Part shown: positions 60,358-64,000 of the stretch, piece by piece
How positions within the stretch are numbered: position 1 is the first letter of the stretch
How the letters are laid out: each line of letters opens with the position of its first letter
Origin: an uncultured Actinomycetes bacterium
GTDB taxonomy: Bacteria; Actinomycetota; CADDZG01; WHSQ01
NCBI GenBank assembly: GCA_963746135.1
Contig: CAVUZZ010000003.1
Coordinates: 1,096,294 to 1,160,293, forward strand
DNA: 64,000 nt
Reading direction: 5' to 3'
Program-made: the position numbers and the translations under genes
The notes under the pieces: model-generated
What the model was told of the DNA's origin: nothing
Database searches by the model: none
What the model saw: the letters and a program-made list of their open reading frames with translations, nothing else

Positions 60358-61002
60358 CTAGGTGCTCTCCAAGACTTTGACGACGCGCTCGTAAACCTCG
60401 TCTGGGGCTCCCATGCCATCAACCCGATAAAGAAGCCCCTCGTTGTAGTAGTAGTCGAACACCGGTGTCGTGGCGCGTTTGTAGATGGCAATTCGTTCCA
60501 GCACGACATCGTGAGCCGCGTCCTCGCGCTGATGTAGCTGCTCCCCATCGACGTCGCAGATGCCGGGTTCCCTGGGCGGATTTCTCGTCAGGTTGTAAAC
60601 GTGCCCCCGCGGGCAGGTCAGCCGGCCTCCGATTCTTATGACGACCTCTTTATCCGGGACCTCCAGAACTACCACCGCCTCGGGCCCTGCTCCGGTGAGC
60701 GCGACATCAAGGGCCCGCGCTTGGGTCTGGTTCCTGGGAAAGCCGTCGAGGATCCAGCCGTCGCCGGCGTCCGGCTCCATCAGGCGCCGATTCGTGATCT
60801 CGGTCACTAGCTCGTTGGGAACCAGGCGGCCGGCGTTCATGTAGTCATGCGCACGCCTGCCGAGGATAGATGAGCTGGCCACCTCGGCCCGCAGCATGTC
60901 ACCGGTCGAGATATGTGGCACACCAAGGCGGCTTGCAAGACGGGCGGCAAGGGTTCCCTTGCCACCTCCCGGGGGGCCGAGGATCACGAGTCGTCGGAGC
61001 AC
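60358..61002 (-). CDS. adk: Adenylate kinase (long form with LID)
   Basis: P-loop ILGPPGGGKGT. Also ..HISTGDMLR.., ..LDGFPRN.. and LID ..RLTCPRGHVYN...ICDVDGEQLHQRED. Confidence 0.88.
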   Translation of the reverse strand: MLRRLVILGPPGGGKGTLAARLASRLGVPHISTGDMLRAEVASSSILGRRAHDYMNAGRLVPNELVTEITNRRLMEPDAGDGWILDGFPRNQTQARALDVALTGAGPEAVVVLEVPDKEVVIRIGGRLTCPRGHVYNLTRNPPREPGICDVDGEQLHQREDAAHDVVLERIAIYKRATTPVFDYYYNEGLLYRVDGMGAPDEVYERVVKVLEST

Positions 61003-61073
61003 ATCTTCTTACTACCCCGGGTATTTGCTCTCTGCTCGCCTTTTTGAACCGAATGACACAGGCATTTGCAGCT

Positions 61074-61102
61074 GGTGACGGTTCGGTGACGTGATGGTGA
61101 CG
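61074..61102 (+). repeat. Three direct GGTGACG repeats at exact 11-bp spacing in the adk/metzincin-like intergenic region; candidate response-regulator site
   Basis: ggtgacggttc-ggtgacgtgat-ggtgacg, 73 nt upstream of ATG 61175. Confidence 0.6.
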
Positions 61103-61174
61103 CTGGGCTGTCACTCTGCTCGTAGAAACGGAGCGCTTTCTGCGCGCTCGCCTGAATCTTGAAAGGAGACCGCA

Positions 61175-63439
61175 ATGTCGGCTCTCTCAGATCCAACCGC
61201 CGTAATCGAGCAGACTCCGCTGACCGAGATACAGCTGGACGACGGTCATGCGGACAATCCGATGGGGACGACCAGAATCGAGCCCGAGAGCCTCGGGGTC
61301 GACGCCTCGCAGGCAAGCAGCGATGCGATCGACGACAGCATCGACCTCCGTACCGAGACGCCCGAGGTTCCCACGGCCGCTCCGCTCCCTTCCGTTACGC
61401 CGATCGCATTCAGCAAACGCAACGTGCGCGGGCGTTACAGAAGCACGGGAACCGGCTGGCAGCTCGAGTTACGCGTCGACGTGGATGGTGTGCGGCCGTT
61501 GAAGAAGATCAGCGGGGACTTTTTCTCGACGACAGGTTCTACAACCAGCTACTTCGGTTCGTTTGTCGTGAAGAATCCGTCGGTCATCACATCGCCCACC
61601 GAGGTCAGGATCCAGGGCACGGGAACATTTACTTGGTCGCCCACTGCTCCCATCATCCGCGTCACCATCCCGCGTGTCACGATTCTGCAGCCTGCTAAGC
61701 CCGCGACTCTGCAGTTCATCACGCCGCCCAACAAGCTTGGTGCGAGCTATCTGTGTTCGTTCGGGTCCTCGCGCTTCCGGAGTATCCAGTTCGAGCAGGA
61801 CTCGGTCGCCGGGACGATCCCATTTGTCTCCTACGACACAGGATCGCTTCCCCAACCGGCTGGGAGCGCGGCGCGCACGCTTACGGTCTCGGGAGCGTTC
61901 GCCGAGGCCGGGATCGAACTGCAGGTCGCAGGCGCGCCCAACGTCATCCCGGTTTCGACGGCAGGTCTCGATTCAAAGTGGAGTGATAGCGAGATGCACA
62001 ACGCGATGGTCACCCATTTCAGCCTGTTCGCCAACAAGCCTCAGTGGCGGGTATGGATGCTCGTCGCAACCTCTCACGTGGATGATTATCGCGGCATCAT
62101 GTTCGACTACGGTGACAGCTTCCAGCGTCAGGGTGCTGCCGTGTTCTACGACGCGATCAAAGGAACGAGTGCCGATAGCCAGCGCGCTCAACTTCGTACT
62201 TATGTCCATGAGCTTGGCCATGCGTTCAATCTGCTTCATTCCTGGCAGAAGAACCTCGCCAATCCGCCGGCTCCGCTGGGATCCAATGGAGGACTGGGCG
62301 ACCTGTCTTGGATGAACTACGCGTGGAAGTACCAGCCACCCCCGCCCGCCGCGGGCGGCGAGCCGGCGTACTGGAGTGCGTTCCCGTTCCAGTTCACGGA
62401 CAACGAGCTTCTCCACTTGCGGCACGGGTTTTACAAGAACGTGATCATGGGTGCCGATCCCTTCGGCAAGGGAGCAGCCGAGGTCGACCCAGAGATGTTC
62501 GATGAGCCGATGGAGGACAACTCCGGTCTCGCGTTCGAGATGAAAGCGAAGGAGGCGTTCGAGTACGGCGAACCGGTGGTGGTCGAGCTCAAGTTGAGTG
62601 CGACGGATCTACGTGGGCGCGAAACGCACGGCTTCGTACACCCGAACGACGACTTCGTCATCGTGGCGATTCGAGATCCCTCCGGGCGCACGCGCGTCTT
62701 TCAGCCAATGTTGCGGCACTGTGTGGATGAGGACAAGACGATTCAAATAGATCCCGGCCGGGTCGCCATCTACGACTCTGCCTACATCGGATTCGGCAAG
62801 GACGGGTTCTATTTCGATCAGCCAGGCGAGTATGTGCTTCGAGCTCAGTACGTGGCGGGCGACGGATCGCGCATCAACTGTCCTGTGTTGCGGCTCCGGG
62901 TGCGTCAGCCTGCAACGAAAGAGGACGAGCGAGTCGGCGAATTGATGATGGGAGAGGAGCAGGGCCAACTTCTGGCTCTGCTCGGATCGGAGTCGGCTTT
63001 TCTGGCATCGGGTAACAACGCGCTCGAGGACGTCATCGAGGAGCACGGAGACCACCCGCTTGCCGCCTATGCCCGTCTTGTCAAGGGAGTCAACGCGGAG
63101 CGCGACTTCAAGATTCTTACCGCCGACAAGGAGATCGAGATCAAAGAGGCCCGGCCCATCGAGAGCATCGAAATGCTGTCCGCCGTGGAGAAGGCCGCGG
63201 TCGAGGACGAGTTGATCGACAACATCACATTGAACATGGTGATGCGAAAGCATGCGCGTGCCGAGGCCAAGGCGGGAAACATCGATCGGGCCGGCGAGGT
63301 GATGGATCGGATGGTTAACGTGTTCGAACGTAAGGAGTTGAATCCGAAGGTGATTCAGCGCATCCGCCAGCAGGCCGAGGCAACCAAGTCCTCGATCGCC
63401 GCGGAAGTCGATGGAGGATCGTCGCAGGACGAGGAGTAG
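61175..63439 (+). CDS. 754-aa multidomain protein with a metzincin-like HExxHxxNxxH zinc site and no signal peptide; function unknown
   Basis: ATG after aaaggaga. The N-terminal ~70 aa are acidic and low-complexity. A beta-rich region follows. The zinc site is YVHELGHAFNLLHSW. Then comes a beta-sandwich-like segment (GEPVVVELKLSATD..) and a helical Lys/Glu-rich C-terminus. Confidence 0.75.
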   Translation: MSALSDPTAVIEQTPLTEIQLDDGHADNPMGTTRIEPESLGVDASQASSDAIDDSIDLRTETPEVPTAAPLPSVTPIAFSKRNVRGRYRSTGTGWQLELRVDVDGVRPLKKISGDFFSTTGSTTSYFGSFVVKNPSVITSPTEVRIQGTGTFTWSPTAPIIRVTIPRVTILQPAKPATLQFITPPNKLGASYLCSFGSSRFRSIQFEQDSVAGTIPFVSYDTGSLPQPAGSAARTLTVSGAFAEAGIELQVAGAPNVIPVSTAGLDSKWSDSEMHNAMVTHFSLFANKPQWRVWMLVATSHVDDYRGIMFDYGDSFQRQGAAVFYDAIKGTSADSQRAQLRTYVHELGHAFNLLHSWQKNLANPPAPLGSNGGLGDLSWMNYAWKYQPPPPAAGGEPAYWSAFPFQFTDNELLHLRHGFYKNVIMGADPFGKGAAEVDPEMFDEPMEDNSGLAFEMKAKEAFEYGEPVVVELKLSATDLRGRETHGFVHPNDDFVIVAIRDPSGRTRVFQPMLRHCVDEDKTIQIDPGRVAIYDSAYIGFGKDGFYFDQPGEYVLRAQYVAGDGSRINCPVLRLRVRQPATKEDERVGELMMGEEQGQLLALLGSESAFLASGNNALEDVIEEHGDHPLAAYARLVKGVNAERDFKILTADKEIEIKEARPIESIEMLSAVEKAAVEDELIDNITLNMVMRKHARAEAKAGNIDRAGEVMDRMVNVFERKELNPKVIQRIRQQAEATKSSIAAEVDGGSSQDEE

Positions 63440-63448
63440 CCTCATCCG

Positions 63449-63964
63449 GTGAGCGAAAGAGGAATCACGCTGGTCCTGGACGGGCCGGCTGAAGTCAGCG
63501 TTGGTCAGCCCGTTGATCTCCGGGTGCAGATTCGCAACGCGAGCGAACACAGGATCTGGATGGTCGGTGTGGTCGACGGGTCGGAGGGGGGAGTGCGTTT
63601 CCCGCGGTACGCACCTGCGGTCAAGCTCGAAGGCCGGGTGGTGGCGGCACCTCCTCCACAGGAAGATCCACTCGTCGGACCGCTGCGAGTGGAGGACTTC
63701 CATCAGTTGGATCCTGGAGAGTCCTTCGATCCTACGCAGCCTTCGCATGGAGCTGCCTATATGCCGCTGTCGACCTTCGCCAACTTCGTTCCATCAAAGC
63801 AGGGCAAGTACCGCTTCGAGCTGGCGCTCTCAACCGAGAGCGACTCTCCCGAGCGGTGGCTCGGTCGCTTCAACCAGGAGGACGAACGCGATTCGGTCCT
63901 CGAGCTGATCGAGAAGGTGCCTCCGTTGGTCGTGTCAACGGCCTTCGAGTTGGAGGCGCGCTGA
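63449..63964 (+). CDS. 171-aa hypothetical protein, probably translationally coupled to the preceding gene
   Basis: GTG 63449 lies 9 nt after the upstream stop, with gaggag inside the end of the upstream gene. It has a beta-sandwich-like pattern (GQPVDLRVQIRNASEHRIWMVG...QGKYRFELALS). Confidence 0.55.
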   Translation: MSERGITLVLDGPAEVSVGQPVDLRVQIRNASEHRIWMVGVVDGSEGGVRFPRYAPAVKLEGRVVAAPPPQEDPLVGPLRVEDFHQLDPGESFDPTQPSHGAAYMPLSTFANFVPSKQGKYRFELALSTESDSPERWLGRFNQEDERDSVLELIEKVPPLVVSTAFELEAR

Positions 63965-64000
63965 TGTTGAAGCTGGGCTAGGCGGTCGCAGGTTCGATGG

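Noticed and set aside
63964-64000. ATG overlapping the stop of the 171-aa gene (gcgcTGATG)
   Set aside because: It opens only a 5-codon ORF (MLKLG, stop). Any further gene of the module must start beyond the window.

Overview
High-G+C, actinobacterial-type chromosomal segment. Supporting clues are a mycothiol-type MDMPI enzyme, two ECF41/SigJ-like sigma factors, an HrdB-like sigma factor and GGAGG-type RBSs. It is gene-dense and mostly accessory. I can support about 60 protein genes and one tRNA-Val(TAC). I see no rRNA, no CRISPR array and no intact transposase. (1) 11.0-21.2 kb holds two tandem, heavily decayed integrative islands at tRNA-Val. They are bounded by three copies of the tRNA 3' half. 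Each has a tyrosine-integrase remnant and 11-bp-phased direct repeats (candidate arm sites). The cargo is a galactose-oxidase-like and a BNR/sialidase-like secreted protein plus several gene fragments. (2) 21.4-27.2 kb is a secreted protease cluster (S1, M28, M36). (3) There are two ECF41 sigma modules, each behind a TGTCACA-N16-CGTC-like promoter. (4) 42.5-48.8 kb is an unusual molybdoenzyme cluster: NarI-like membrane protein, signal-less Mo-bisPGD subunit, four-cluster ferredoxin, Tat-signal Rieske protein, HPP protein, cytochrome c and hemerythrin. (5) A CopB-type ATPase sits divergent to CsoR with a clear operator palindrome. (6) 57.6-64 kb has an OmpR-type two-component system, then a 3x GGTGACG 11-bp-phased repeat in front of a signal-less 754-aa metzincin-like multidomain protein with a coupled 171-aa partner. 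This pair is my best candidate for an undescribed module; the Mo cluster is second. (7) At least 15 apparent frameshifts interrupt 10 otherwise intact-looking genes. Assembly indels versus real decay cannot be resolved from the sequence alone. All calls rest on reading translations and motifs by eye; no database search or computation was run.
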